NCBI GenBank assembly: GCA_043808015.1
Contig: JAZDFI010000007.1
Coordinates: 930 to 64,929 of the forward strand
From: Candidatus Aenigmatarchaeota archaeon
GTDB taxonomy: Archaea; Aenigmatarchaeota; Aenigmatarchaeia; QMZP01; QMZT01
DNA length: 64,000 bases
Reading direction: 5' to 3'
The position numbers were made by a program, and so were the translations under genes. Every line of letters begins with the position of its first letter. The stretch's first letter is position 1. Positions 1-9,304 of the stretch are shown here, in pieces. Below the pieces are notes generated by a model, which saw only the letters and a program-made list of their open reading frames with translations, was not told where the DNA came from and made no database searches.

Positions 1-2
1 CT

Positions 3-611
3 GCTTTTTACCCGCTTGGTGGCGGCCAAAACAGCGATACTGGGACGCTGAACGGCATACGAGTGACCAGCGTCCAGAAGGATGCGGGCGTGGTCAAGCA
101 CTTCACCGAAGCGCCGGTCCATGAGACGCTCGTAAAAGGCGCGATAGACTGGGACAAGCGCCACACGTTCATGCGCATGCACACGGCCCAGCACCTGCTT
201 TCCGCGATAGTGCTCGACCTTTGGGGTTCGTCGACAGCAGGGAACCAGATAGAGCTCGAATATTCAAGAATCGACTTCACTCCATTAACGCCTCCGACGG
301 ACTTCATAGACGTCCTGACCACGCGCTTCAACCAGGCCGTCGATAGCGCGCTGCCGGTAAAGATATATTTCACCGGACGCGAGGAAGTGCTCAAGTCCGT
401 CGATGAGCGGCGAAGGCGGCTGTTCGCGCGACTTCCGGAAGCGATAAAGGAAATACGCATCGTCGATATCGACGGCGTCGACAAGGTCCCCTGCGGCGGC
501 ACGCATGTCGCGAACACTGGAGAAATCGGCCACATGAAGATAACGAAGGTCGACAACAAGGGCAAGGATACGATACGCGTCAGGTTCGAACTGGAAAAAC
601 CAAAAGTCTAG
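3..611 (+). CDS. alaX: AlaX-like alanyl-tRNA editing protein (5' partial; frame open to window start)
   Basis: Frame from nt 3 has no stop. Carries GGGQ.SDTG, HTAQHLL (HxxxH) and CGGTHV (CxxxH) motifs of the AlaRS editing/AlaX family. Confidence 0.75.
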   Translation, partial: AFYPLGGGQNSDTGTLNGIRVTSVQKDAGVVKHFTEAPVHETLVKGAIDWDKRHTFMRMHTAQHLLSAIVLDLWGSSTAGNQIELEYSRIDFTPLTPPTDFIDVLTTRFNQAVDSALPVKIYFTGREEVLKSVDERRRRLFARLPEAIKEIRIVDIDGVDKVPCGGTHVANTGEIGHMKITKVDNKGKDTIRVRFELEKPKV

Positions 612-627
612 AAATCCAATTCTGATT

Positions 628-1575
628 TTACTTGCCGTGCCTCATGAACTGTGCCAGCAGCGCTTCCAGCTGTATCTCAGGTGAGCCGCCCTGGTTCAGG
701 CGGAACTCGAACTCGCCTATTTTCTCGGCGAGCTGTATCTTCGTCTCCTCGGCAAGCTTCAGGTCGAATATTTCCTTGTGTATCCCTTTTATGACGTCTT
801 CGCCGGAAAGGCCCTGGGTTATGAGCAACTCGTAGAGCTTCTTCCTCGCGTCCATGAACTTGCCGGCCATCGCGCTCTCTATCATGTTGCGGATGTCCTC
901 GGGCTTCGACTGCGCCGCGGCATCGTATACGCTTTCCTTTGTGACCTTGCCCAGCGCCGAGCTCGACTGGAGAAGATTCGTCGCTTTCCTCAGGTCGCCC
1001 TCTGAAATCTCGAAAATCGCGTCAAGCGCGTCGTCATTAACCTGAATCTTCTCTCCGGCCGCGATGCGCTTCATGTATTCCTTGACGCTTTCCTTGTTGA
1101 GGCGTTTAAAACGAAAGACGGAAGTTCTCGACTGAATCGGGTCGATTATCCTGCTGGAATAATTGCATGAGAGAATGAAACGGCACGAATCGGAGAATCG
1201 TTCCATCGTTCGCCTGAGCGCCTGCTGCGCCTCCTGCGTGAGCGCGTCCGACTCGTCGAGAAACACTATTTTGAAATCAGTGCCCATCGATTTCATCCGC
1301 GCGAACTCCTTGACTCGCCCGCGCACGATGTTGATGCCCCTCTCGTCGCTAGCGTTCGTTTCCTGGAAATTACTCTTCCAGTTATTGCCGAAGAGTTCGC
1401 GTGCGAGGCATAGCGCCACCGTCGTTTTCCCGACGCCTGCCGGTCCTGCGAAAAGCATGTGAGGTATCGAGCCGCTCTTGACCCACGCCTTCAGGCGCGA
1501 GACCACGTGCTTCTGGTCCACCACGTCCTCCAGCATCTTGGGCCTGTACTTCTCCGTCCATATCTCTAGATGCAT
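628..1575 (-). CDS. rfcS: Replication factor C small subunit
   Basis: Walker A GPAGVGKTT, DEAD-like FLDESD, SRC-like SCNYSSRIIDPIQSRT. 315 aa, typical RfcS length. Confidence 0.9.
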   Translation of the reverse strand: MHLEIWTEKYRPKMLEDVVDQKHVVSRLKAWVKSGSIPHMLFAGPAGVGKTTVALCLARELFGNNWKSNFQETNASDERGINIVRGRVKEFARMKSMGTDFKIVFLDESDALTQEAQQALRRTMERFSDSCRFILSCNYSSRIIDPIQSRTSVFRFKRLNKESVKEYMKRIAAGEKIQVNDDALDAIFEISEGDLRKATNLLQSSSALGKVTKESVYDAAAQSKPEDIRNMIESAMAGKFMDARKKLYELLITQGLSGEDVIKGIHKEIFDLKLAEETKIQLAEKIGEFEFRLNQGGSPEIQLEALLAQFMRHGK

Positions 1576-1649
1576 AACGACACCATCTCAACCGATATCA
1601 ATCTAATGGTTCCGTGGTTTTTAAGATTTATATTAAACTCTCCGGCTAT

Positions 1650-2396
1650 ATGAAGAGTATGCAAAAGAAAGAGATAAAAAAGATTGTGAGGAAAAGCTAC
1701 GGGAAAATAGCCGAGTCCGGCTGCTCGTGCGGATGCGGCCAGATGAACAGCAGACAGCTCTCGAAACAGCTGGGGTACTCGGAAAAGGAAACGAATCTCG
1801 TGCCTGAGGCGAACCTGGGCCTAGGCTGCGGCAATCCGACGGCGATAGGGGAGATACGCAAGGGCATGACCGTCCTTGACCTCGGATCCGGCGCCGGCTT
1901 CGACTGCTTTCTCGCCGCGGGCAAAGTCGGGAAGAGCGGCAGGGTCATAGGAGTCGACATGACCGAACAGATGATAGCCAAGGCCAGGAAGAACGCGAAG
2001 AAATACGGCTTCTCCAACGTCGAGTTCAGGCTAGGCGACATAGAAAAGCTGCCGGTCGAAAACGAGTCTGTCGACGTGATCATAAGCAACTGCGTGATAA
2101 ACCTCGCTCCAGACAAGCGAAAGGTCTTCGGGGAAGCGCACAGGGTGCTCAGGAAAGACGGCATGATATACGTCTCCGACATCGTCCTGCTCCAGCCGCT
2201 TTCAGCCAGCCAGAAAGATGATGAAAAACTGATAGCAGGCTGCGTCGGAGGGGCGATACTCAAAGAAAAATACCTGAAGATCGTCATGAATGCCGGGTTC
2301 GAAATCAGGATGCTGTCAGATGACAAAAAGATAAGCAAGCTGCAGTATAATAACATTCCCGTTGAAAGCCTTAAGATAGCGGCGGTCAAAAAGTAG
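1650..2396 (+). CDS. SAM-dependent methyltransferase, ArsM/UbiE-like
   Basis: VLDLGSGAGFDCF (motif I), DVIISNCVINL, RVLRKDGMIY, matching the arsenite methyltransferase-like family. Track start 1614 is GTG. ATG at 1650 follows TATA-like tttatattaaa by about 25 nt. Confidence 0.7.
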   Translation: MKSMQKKEIKKIVRKSYGKIAESGCSCGCGQMNSRQLSKQLGYSEKETNLVPEANLGLGCGNPTAIGEIRKGMTVLDLGSGAGFDCFLAAGKVGKSGRVIGVDMTEQMIAKARKNAKKYGFSNVEFRLGDIEKLPVENESVDVIISNCVINLAPDKRKVFGEAHRVLRKDGMIYVSDIVLLQPLSASQKDDEKLIAGCVGGAILKEKYLKIVMNAGFEIRMLSDDKKISKLQYNNIPVESLKIAAVKK

Positions 2397-2414
2397 AACG
2401 GAAAAATCTCACAT

Positions 2415-3191
2415 TCAGATTTTTATTCTGCCTGACTGGAAGTTCTTTATTATCAGCCTGCACATGCGTTCTATGTCGGGAATGCCTCCGCGCAGGAGCA
2501 TGTGCTTCTTGAGAGCGATTTCCTCGATTGTCTTCTGCTTGTCGTCGCTCACGTCCACGCCGAAATAGGCTTCTATCTTCCCGGGATGCTTGCGCATGAG
2601 CTCCGCGACCATGAGGTCCGGGTCGTGCACCTTAGTCGAATCTATCACACTCATCGAGACGTGCTTGACAGCGTCTTTTTCCATGTAGGGTATGACTCCC
2701 GGCGAGTCTATGAAATAAAGGCGGTTATCGCTGCGTATGACCTGGGTGAACTTCGTATATCCGCTGAGGCAGCTGGTCCTGGCGGAATGCTGGCCCTTCA
2801 TGTAGTTGATGAGCGACGACTTGCCCACGTTGGGATAGCCGAGCACGCCGATGTTTATCCTGGCCTTCTTGCCATAGCGCCGCTCGGCCTCGATGATTAT
2901 GCGCTCCTTGAGCTTCGCCCTGCCTGTGTGGTCTTTCGCGGAGATGAAGACACACGGGCTCATTTTGCCCTTGTTCGACTCTGCCTTCCGCTTTTCCACC
3001 ATGTCCGACTTCGTGACGACGTAAATGAGCGGCTTCCTCGCGAGCCTGACCTTGTCCTCTATCTCGATGTTTCTCGATTCGTCCACGAAACGCGCGTCAA
3101 GCAGGAGCAGCAGGACGTCTGCCAGGCGTATTACCTTCTTCACCGAATCCCAGAAGCTCCTCTTCTTGTCTTTCCTGAACATGGTATTCAT
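2415..3191 (-). CDS. Circularly permuted GTPase (YlqF/RbgA/Nug1-like ribosome biogenesis GTPase)
   Basis: Motif order G4 (VVTKSD) - G1 (GYPNVGKSSLIN) - G3 (DSPG) shows circular permutation. Start placed at internal ATG (MNTMFRK), since the N-terminal 20 aa of the track ORF look non-native. Confidence 0.7.
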   Translation of the reverse strand: MNTMFRKDKKRSFWDSVKKVIRLADVLLLLLDARFVDESRNIEIEDKVRLARKPLIYVVTKSDMVEKRKAESNKGKMSPCVFISAKDHTGRAKLKERIIIEAERRYGKKARINIGVLGYPNVGKSSLINYMKGQHSARTSCLSGYTKFTQVIRSDNRLYFIDSPGVIPYMEKDAVKHVSMSVIDSTKVHDPDLMVAELMRKHPGKIEAYFGVDVSDDKQKTIEEIALKKHMLLRGGIPDIERMCRLIIKNFQSGRIKI

Positions 3192-3257
3192 TTGAAGCGC
3201 GAACATTAAAAGCCTGCGCCGCCGCAGGATATAAGAGGGCTGGACGAACATTATTAT

Positions 3258-4265
3258 ATGATAATAGCCATCACGGGCACGCCGGGGACCGGAAAGACTG
3301 AAGTGGCGAAGTCGCTCTCGAAACGCCTGGGCTGGAACTGGTTCTCGCTGAATTACATAGCCGCGGCTAAAGGTCTGTACGAGGGTTACGACAGCGAACG
3401 CATGTCAAAGATAGTCGATATCGCACGGCTGCGCGAGGAAGTCAATCTTCTGGCAACCGAGCACGAGAATTTCATAATCGAGTCCCATTACGCGCACGAC
3501 ATGCCGTGCGACATGGTGATTGTTTTGAGGACCGACACCACCGTCCTTAGAAAGCGCATGCTGAAAAAGGGCTTCCACACCGAGAAAGTCGCGGAGAACA
3601 TCGAGGCGGAAATGATGCAGATCATTATTGACGAGGCCGTGGCGAATCACAAGAACGTCCACGAGATTGACACGACTAGAAAAAAACCGGGAGTCGTCGC
3701 CAAGGAAATCGAGGAGATAATAAACGACCAGAGCTACGTGGAAAAGGATCTGGCCGTGCCCGAGCGGCTGCTCATGGAATTCAGGATGCCCTTCGGCAAG
3801 CTCTATAAAGGAGACAAGACCGGGGCGACCAGAACGGCCGTTAAAGAACTCAGGGGATTCAGGGGCCTGCTCGTGACGGTCGGAGATTCGGCCAGCTACT
3901 CGCTCATAAAAAGCGGCCTGCGCCCTCACATGATAATCGTCGACGGCAAGGAGAAGCGCGGCAAGTTCAAGGATAAAATCCCTTTCAAGGGAACCGAGAT
4001 AAAGGTCAGGAATCCCAAGGCGCACATAACGGCCCGGCTATGGAAAGCTGTCGAGAAGTCGATAAAAACGCTCAGGAAGAAAAAAGTCAGGATTACCGTG
4101 AGCGGAGAGGAAGACCTAGCCGTCCTGCCATGCGCCATCCATCTCCCACTCGGCAGCAAAATCGTCTACGGGCAGTTCGACGAGGGGCTCGTCGTCGTCA
4201 CGCTGGACGAGGCGAAGAAACAGAGAGCCAAGGCGCTGCTCGAGAACATACTGTTCTCGCAATAA
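3258..4265 (+). CDS. Fusion protein: Fap7/AK6-type adenylate kinase domain + DUF359-like domain (candidate GTP-dependent dephospho-CoA kinase)
   Basis: N-terminal ITGTPGTGKTEVAK P-loop and VIVLRTDTTVLRKRMLKKGF resemble AK6/Fap7. C-terminal 160 aa carry TVGD...IVDGKEKRG...SGEEDLAVLP...YGQFDEGLVVV, recalled DUF359 signatures. Single uninterrupted ORF. Confidence 0.55.
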   Translation: MIIAITGTPGTGKTEVAKSLSKRLGWNWFSLNYIAAAKGLYEGYDSERMSKIVDIARLREEVNLLATEHENFIIESHYAHDMPCDMVIVLRTDTTVLRKRMLKKGFHTEKVAENIEAEMMQIIIDEAVANHKNVHEIDTTRKKPGVVAKEIEEIINDQSYVEKDLAVPERLLMEFRMPFGKLYKGDKTGATRTAVKELRGFRGLLVTVGDSASYSLIKSGLRPHMIIVDGKEKRGKFKDKIPFKGTEIKVRNPKAHITARLWKAVEKSIKTLRKKKVRITVSGEEDLAVLPCAIHLPLGSKIVYGQFDEGLVVVTLDEAKKQRAKALLENILFSQ

Positions 4266-4270
4266 AAATA

Positions 4271-4795
4271 TTATTTTCCAATGACTTTCTTCCCGCGCTC
4301 CTGCGGGATGACTGTTTTTTTGGCGCGTGTGAATTTCTTGTCCAGCTCCTTGCTGCAAAAAATCCTGTCGAGAAAAACCGCCAGCGCGGCTATTTCCGAG
4401 TGCGGCTGGCTGGTGACGGAGACGTTGTAATCGGCCATCTGGTACATCTCCCAGGGAACTTTCTCGCCGCCCACGACGACCAGAAGTTTCGCTTTCTTGC
4501 GCAAGCCGATGAGCTTCTTCTGGACGGGCATGCCGTACATGGTCAGGTGGACGATGACGTAACCTTTTCGCCTGTAATCTTTCACGACTTTCTTCCAGCT
4601 CTTCTCGTAAGCAACGGAGAATTTCCCGCCCCAGTCCTCGCGGACGCGGGTCACGCTGTCGAGAATCGCCTGGTCCGGGTCGCCGGAATAAATTATGCCG
4701 TCCGCGCCGAGCGCGCGTGATACGAGGCCGCAGTGCGTCGAGATGCGGTGGTCTCGCGAGATACGATGGCCCAGCCTGAAGACTATGACTTTCAT
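4271..4795 (-). CDS. trm56: tRNA (cytidine56-2'-O)-methyltransferase aTrm56 (SPOUT)
   Basis: MKVIVFRLGHRISRDHRISTH N-terminus and overall SPOUT pattern typical of archaeal Trm56. Start at ATG 4793-4795. Confidence 0.7.
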   Translation of the reverse strand: MKVIVFRLGHRISRDHRISTHCGLVSRALGADGIIYSGDPDQAILDSVTRVREDWGGKFSVAYEKSWKKVVKDYRRKGYVIVHLTMYGMPVQKKLIGLRKKAKLLVVVGGEKVPWEMYQMADYNVSVTSQPHSEIAALAVFLDRIFCSKELDKKFTRAKKTVIPQERGKKVIGK

Positions 4796-4817
4796 GATAA
4801 GAATTGCGAAACGATTA

Positions 4818-5327
4818 TTAAATCTTTTTGAGTTCATCGAAGATTCCGGCCTTCACCAGATTCGTGAGCATCATCGTCTTGACCTTCGTGTGCATGATGT
4901 TCAGCCAGTCCATTTTTTTCCTGTAATCCGCGACTTCCATGTATTTGCCGGATAATGCCAGGACGTCGTTGATTTCATCGGTCGAGGAAAGCCCGGATAT
5001 GCTCATGGCCAGACTGACCTTTTCCGGGGTATGGCTGCCGGAAAGGTCTCTCATAAGCTCTTTTTTGTAAATGGGCGCCAGGGTTTTTCTTACGCCGAGT
5101 ATGTAGCCAAGCGAACCCCATACGCCACAGCACTCCATGTTCTGCGAGAGCAGTGATTCCGAGGCTTTCTCGAGAAGCACGACCGCGTCGCCTTCCCTGC
5201 CTTCGCTCAGGGCCAGGTATCCATTTTCGTAAAACCGGTTGAGCGGGCATTCAGCGCATTTCGGGTTTCCAATCACTCCTGCAAAATCAAGAAGCGTCAT
5301 GTAATTCTTTTTATTAATCCCGTTCAT
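4818..5327 (-). CDS. Hypothetical protein (CxxCP and CC motifs)
   Basis: ORF with codon usage like neighbours. No recognisable family. Confidence 0.4.
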   Translation of the reverse strand: MNGINKKNYMTLLDFAGVIGNPKCAECPLNRFYENGYLALSEGREGDAVVLLEKASESLLSQNMECCGVWGSLGYILGVRKTLAPIYKKELMRDLSGSHTPEKVSLAMSISGLSSTDEINDVLALSGKYMEVADYRKKMDWLNIMHTKVKTMMLTNLVKAGIFDELKKI

Positions 5328-5362
5328 GCTTTAAAATTAGCCGGAACTTTTAAATCCGGAGT

Positions 5363-5776
5363 CTATCCTTCAGGCTTCTGCCAGACGCCCATGAACTTTT
5401 CCCTGGGGTATTTCTTTTCGGCCTTCTTCAGCTTGTCGACCGCGAGCGTCGGGATGTCTAAATCGAGATTGTTGGCGAGGCTGATGCAGTGGTTTATCAC
5501 GTCGGCCAGCTCGCCCCGTATCTTGTCCATGACCTGCCCGTTGTCCTTCACCTTCGCAATTTCGTCGGGCTGCATCCACTGGAATATCTCCAGCAGCTCG
5601 CCGGCTTCGACGGCAATCGAAATCGCAATATCTTTAGGGTTGTGGTATTTCTCCCAGTCGCGCTCGCGGACGAACTTTTTGACTTTGTCTTTCAGCGAAT
5701 CGAAGTCGACGTATTGCTCGCGCTCCTGCTCGGCCTGCTCTTCAGAACCAATCGTTTCATCGTCCACAGTATCCAT
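5363..5776 (-). CDS. MazG-like nucleotide pyrophosphohydrolase (all-alpha NTP-PPase)
   Basis: FVRERDWEKYHNPKDIAISIAVEAGELLEIFQW and ELADVINHCISLAN match MazG/HisE-type EExxE helices. Start at internal ATG (MDTVDDE). Confidence 0.7.
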   Translation of the reverse strand: MDTVDDETIGSEEQAEQEREQYVDFDSLKDKVKKFVRERDWEKYHNPKDIAISIAVEAGELLEIFQWMQPDEIAKVKDNGQVMDKIRGELADVINHCISLANNLDLDIPTLAVDKLKKAEKKYPREKFMGVWQKPEG

Positions 5777-5821
5777 GTTCTTATTTTTGGCCGCGTGGCT
5801 TATATTGTTTTTAAAGCGGTG

Positions 5822-6787
5822 ATGCGAAACATAAACATGCTTGTGAAAAACCTCGTGGCTTACGAGGCGTTCGACGGGAAATACGTCGTGAAATTTAAGA
5901 AGCCCGTCCAGAAATACGCCAAAGGTTACATGTTCCACATCCGTGTCGGCGACGCTTCTGGCGAAGTCGCTGTCAGCTACTGGGGCTCCGACAGCAAGGA
6001 CGAAGTCGAACGCATATACAACGCCATAAAGAAGGACGGAGTAGTTTACGTCTCAGGCGAAACTACCATGTATAACGGCAAGATCGCTGTCAACGTCAAC
6101 CCGCCGGTCGGCAAAATAACCGCGCTAAAGGAAAACGAATACGACAAGGCGGCTTTCGTCCCCGAAAGCGAAAAGGACACGAAGGAAATGTACGCGGAAC
6201 TGACGCGATTGTCGGATTCGATAGGCAACCGCCACCTGAAGGAAGTGGTCGAGGCGTTCATAAGGAACAAAGCGTTCTCCGAAAAATTCGTCAAGCATCC
6301 GGCCGCGATGTACAAACACCATGGCTGGCTGGGCGGACTGCTCGAGCACACGCTGAACGTCGCGAAGATATGCGACTTCCTGAGCAAAATACATCCGCAG
6401 CTCGACAGGGATCTAATGCTCACCGGGGCGATACTCCACGACATAGGCAAGATGCGCGAACTCGAAGTGACGACTCATATAAAGCCGTCCAACGAGGGCA
6501 TGCTTCTAGGGCATCTGGCCATGACATTCGAAGACGTCTCGAAGAAGATGGACCAGCTCAATACTCCTGAAGAGCTCAAGATGAAAGTGAAGCACATGCT
6601 GCTCAGCCACCACGGCAAGCTGGAGTACGGCTCGCCCAAGCAGCCGGCAATCCCTGAAGCGCTCGCGGTATTCATGGCGGACGACATCGACTCGAAGATA
6701 ACAGAGATGATTACTTACATAAGCAAGGCCGAGACGGACGACGATTACATCTTCCTGGGAAACTTCGGCAGCGTTTACCTGAAATAA
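5822..6787 (+). CDS. OB-fold + HD-domain phosphohydrolase (YhaM/Cas3-HD-like, COG3481-type)
   Basis: N-terminal OB-like region. HD motif HDIGK and LLSHHGKLEYGSP. The first 110 aa of the track ORF overlap the divergent MazG gene, so start is set at ATG 5822. Confidence 0.65.
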   Translation: MRNINMLVKNLVAYEAFDGKYVVKFKKPVQKYAKGYMFHIRVGDASGEVAVSYWGSDSKDEVERIYNAIKKDGVVYVSGETTMYNGKIAVNVNPPVGKITALKENEYDKAAFVPESEKDTKEMYAELTRLSDSIGNRHLKEVVEAFIRNKAFSEKFVKHPAAMYKHHGWLGGLLEHTLNVAKICDFLSKIHPQLDRDLMLTGAILHDIGKMRELEVTTHIKPSNEGMLLGHLAMTFEDVSKKMDQLNTPEELKMKVKHMLLSHHGKLEYGSPKQPAIPEALAVFMADDIDSKITEMITYISKAETDDDYIFLGNFGSVYLK

Positions 6788-6796
6788 GACGTTTGG

Positions 6797-7219
6797 TCAG
6801 CGCTCCAATGGGACGTATACTATCTTTTCTTTGCCGCTTCCGAAAACCGCGGAAAAGAAACCGGGAACCTTTGTCACCATCAGTATGTCCTCGGGCCTGA
6901 CTTCTGTGATCTCCCCGTCCATGGGCACTGAACCACTTTCAATTTTTACGGTTTTGCCGTCGATGCCTATCCTCGCGTCTTCTATCACGCCGCCGCATCT
7001 ATTCAAGGCGGAGCTCTTTTTGTCGGCGTTTGGAAAAAACTCGAGCTCTGTGCCACCATGTGAAATGTCAATCGTCGGGAAGCCGCATTTGTATTCCGTG
7101 ACATTGTATTCCCCGTCCCTTACCATGACATTGTATCTGGCTCCCAGCCTGAAAACGCTGGAAAGGTATCTGGCAGCGTCCTTCCATTCCGTAAAACGTG
7201 TTCCTGAGTCTTTTTGCAT
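6797..7219 (-). CDS. Hypothetical protein
   Basis: 140 aa ORF, no family recognised. Confidence 0.4.
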   Translation of the reverse strand: MQKDSGTRFTEWKDAARYLSSVFRLGARYNVMVRDGEYNVTEYKCGFPTIDISHGGTELEFFPNADKKSSALNRCGGVIEDARIGIDGKTVKIESGSVPMDGEITEVRPEDILMVTKVPGFFSAVFGSGKEKIVYVPLER

Positions 7220-7255
7220 AAGAGACTTACACCGCTAAAAAATAAAAACCGCGCG

Positions 7256-8440
7256 TTATCCAGAAACAATCGCCTTCGTTTCCTCGTCCGTCAGCTCCAC
7301 GCCGTTGCCGGCAGATTTTGGGTGATGTTTGAGTATGATTTTGAGGAATGGCAGGTATTCGTTCCTGACGAGCCGCTGGGGACTGTGCGTATACGCCGAA
7401 AGCTTCTCGTAAATCTTGCCCATCTCGGCGTTCCTGAACCTCAGCTGCGCCAGCAGGGCGAATTTCTCCGGCGGCTTGTATTGCACGTACTGGTGCGTCC
7501 CTTCGCCGGCGAGCGATATGCCGGCGAGCATGTCGACCATGTGCGCCTTGAACCTCCAGTTCTGCTGGCGGTGGACTATCTGCCTGAAAATGTCAGCTTT
7601 TGAAAGCATATCAAGCGCATTAGCCAGCGCTTCGCCTTCGAACTCGAGCGGAATGTTGTTCTCTATCCACCAGAACAGGTCATCCGCATCTTTATCGCAC
7701 GTGTTTATCGCGTTCTTCGCCGCGGTGACGTTCTTCGAGCGGAACACGATGGGCAGGACGGAGAACACGTTCGACTCGCGTTCTCGAAACCCGAGCGCAT
7801 CGAAGTCGCGCTCGCTTATCTCCTTGCGGCCCTCGCACATCATCTGCAGGTCGTTTATCGCGGAGCGCATGTCGCCTGCGGACCAGCGCGCCAGATTCTT
7901 CAGAACATCACCATCGAGCTTAATCCCTTCATGCTCGCATATCTCGCGGAGGCGCTTCTCGACGGAACGCACGTCGACCTTGGAAAGCTTGACTATTTTC
8001 GCGCAAGAGCGCAGGGGCTGCAGCTTGTGGATGTACGGGTCATTCGCCGTCACAATGATCGGGAAGCGCGATGCCTTCACTATCCTGACTATCGCCTGTA
8101 TGCCGCCCCTATCGCCGGAAGAGAGGCTGTCGACTTCGTCGATGAGAATTATCTTGCCGCTATGGAATAGGGGCTGGTTTCTCGAGACTTCTGTCAGCGT
8201 CCTCTCGACCGCCTCGGAGTTGCGCTCGTCGCTCGCGTTGACCTGCATGAGCATCCAGCCGCGTTCGCTGGCGACTGTCTCGGCTATCAGAGTCTTTCCC
8301 GTTCCGGCCGGTCCTGCGATTAGCAGCGCTTTTCCGGGCTTCCATGAGGAAAGCCATGCCTCAGCCTCGCTGAGCGCGCTGCCCTGGCTGAGTATGTCGC
8401 TAGCGCGTTTCGGCTTGTACTTGTTCACCCACAGCTCCAT
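7256..8440 (-). CDS. rfcL: Replication factor C large subunit
   Basis: LWVNKYKPK, GPAGTGKT Walker A, ILIDEVD, long C-terminal region typical of RfcL. Confidence 0.85.
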   Translation of the reverse strand: MELWVNKYKPKRASDILSQGSALSEAEAWLSSWKPGKALLIAGPAGTGKTLIAETVASERGWMLMQVNASDERNSEAVERTLTEVSRNQPLFHSGKIILIDEVDSLSSGDRGGIQAIVRIVKASRFPIIVTANDPYIHKLQPLRSCAKIVKLSKVDVRSVEKRLREICEHEGIKLDGDVLKNLARWSAGDMRSAINDLQMMCEGRKEISERDFDALGFRERESNVFSVLPIVFRSKNVTAAKNAINTCDKDADDLFWWIENNIPLEFEGEALANALDMLSKADIFRQIVHRQQNWRFKAHMVDMLAGISLAGEGTHQYVQYKPPEKFALLAQLRFRNAEMGKIYEKLSAYTHSPQRLVRNEYLPFLKIILKHHPKSAGNGVELTDEETKAIVSG

Positions 8441-8506
8441 GCTATCGTTTTCGCCTGCGGGGTTAAAAATGTTTGGAAAAGGCAATGAATTTAAAACTAA
8501 CCACGA

Positions 8507-9250
8507 ATGCTAAAAATGGGCCCAAGACTTTTGCTGCTTTACAAACCGTTGTCTGTGAAATACGACATTCTCATGGAGCATCTTGACAGTGTAATTTCTC
8601 CCGAAGCAACATACGTGGCAAAGAGGGAATGGAAAGCGCTGCCGCCTGAAAGGGTGAGCCAGCTTTACTGGCCGGATCACGGGGACAAGCCATATTTCGG
8701 CAACTTATGCGGCATGATATCCGGAAAGCCCACTACCACTTTCGTGCTCCAGCCGCGCCAGAAACTCAGCTGTGAAAAGGAGCAGAGGCAATGGGTAGAA
8801 TTCATGAGGAACGACAAGATAGGGTACAAAGACCCGGCAAAAGCAAAGCCGGGCAGCTTCAGGTGGCGCGTTCCAGAACTAATCCAAGGTTACGACTACG
8901 CCGCATTTGACCATGACAACGGCCTGCACTTCTCGGATTCCGTCGAGGCTGGAGAGAGGGAAGGCGGCATATTCTTCTGGGACTGGCCGCTCAACAAAAA
9001 GTTGGTGAGCAATCCGGAGGCGCTGAAAGAAGGCAGCCCGCTCCTGGAAGTGGCGAAAATGGGCAAAGGCATTTTTCTGGAGGAAAGAGTGAACAGATAC
9101 CTTCTGGAAAACGGGCTCGTTGACGCCGAAACGCTGGAAAAAACAACAAGCATAAGCGCGTTTAAGGGGCCTGGCGGCAAAGGCTTGTTGCTTAGCATTG
9201 AAATAGAAGAGGGTTATGACACCAGCACGGAATATATCGTAAATCTGTAG
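8507..9250 (+). CDS. Divergent nucleoside-diphosphate-kinase-fold protein with about 70-aa C-terminal extension
   Basis: Blocks align to NDK: YKPLSV (IKPDGV), KPYFGNL...SGKPTTTFVLQ (KPFF...SGPVVAMV), KPGSFRW (APGTIRGDF), NGLHFSDSVEAGEREGGIFF (NVIHGSDSxESAEREIxLFF, catalytic His kept). Confidence 0.5.
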   Translation: MLKMGPRLLLLYKPLSVKYDILMEHLDSVISPEATYVAKREWKALPPERVSQLYWPDHGDKPYFGNLCGMISGKPTTTFVLQPRQKLSCEKEQRQWVEFMRNDKIGYKDPAKAKPGSFRWRVPELIQGYDYAAFDHDNGLHFSDSVEAGEREGGIFFWDWPLNKKLVSNPEALKEGSPLLEVAKMGKGIFLEERVNRYLLENGLVDAETLEKTTSISAFKGPGGKGLLLSIEIEEGYDTSTEYIVNL

Positions 9251-9304
9251 CCACGCCACTGTGTTTTTTAAAGGCGCAAAAGACAATCTATTATAAGTGG
9301 CTTT

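Noticed and set aside
8-565. 185-aa minus-strand ORF at window start
   Set aside because: Antisense to the AlaX frame, which has the HxxxH/CxxxH editing motifs. Ser/Thr-rich shadow.
5489-5821. N-terminal 110 codons of track ORF 5489-6787
   Set aside because: Overlaps the divergent MazG gene. The HD/OB protein most likely starts at ATG 5822 or 5837.
7416-8513. 365-aa plus-strand ORF antisense to rfcL
   Set aside because: Ser/Arg-rich low-complexity shadow of a confidently identified RFC large subunit.
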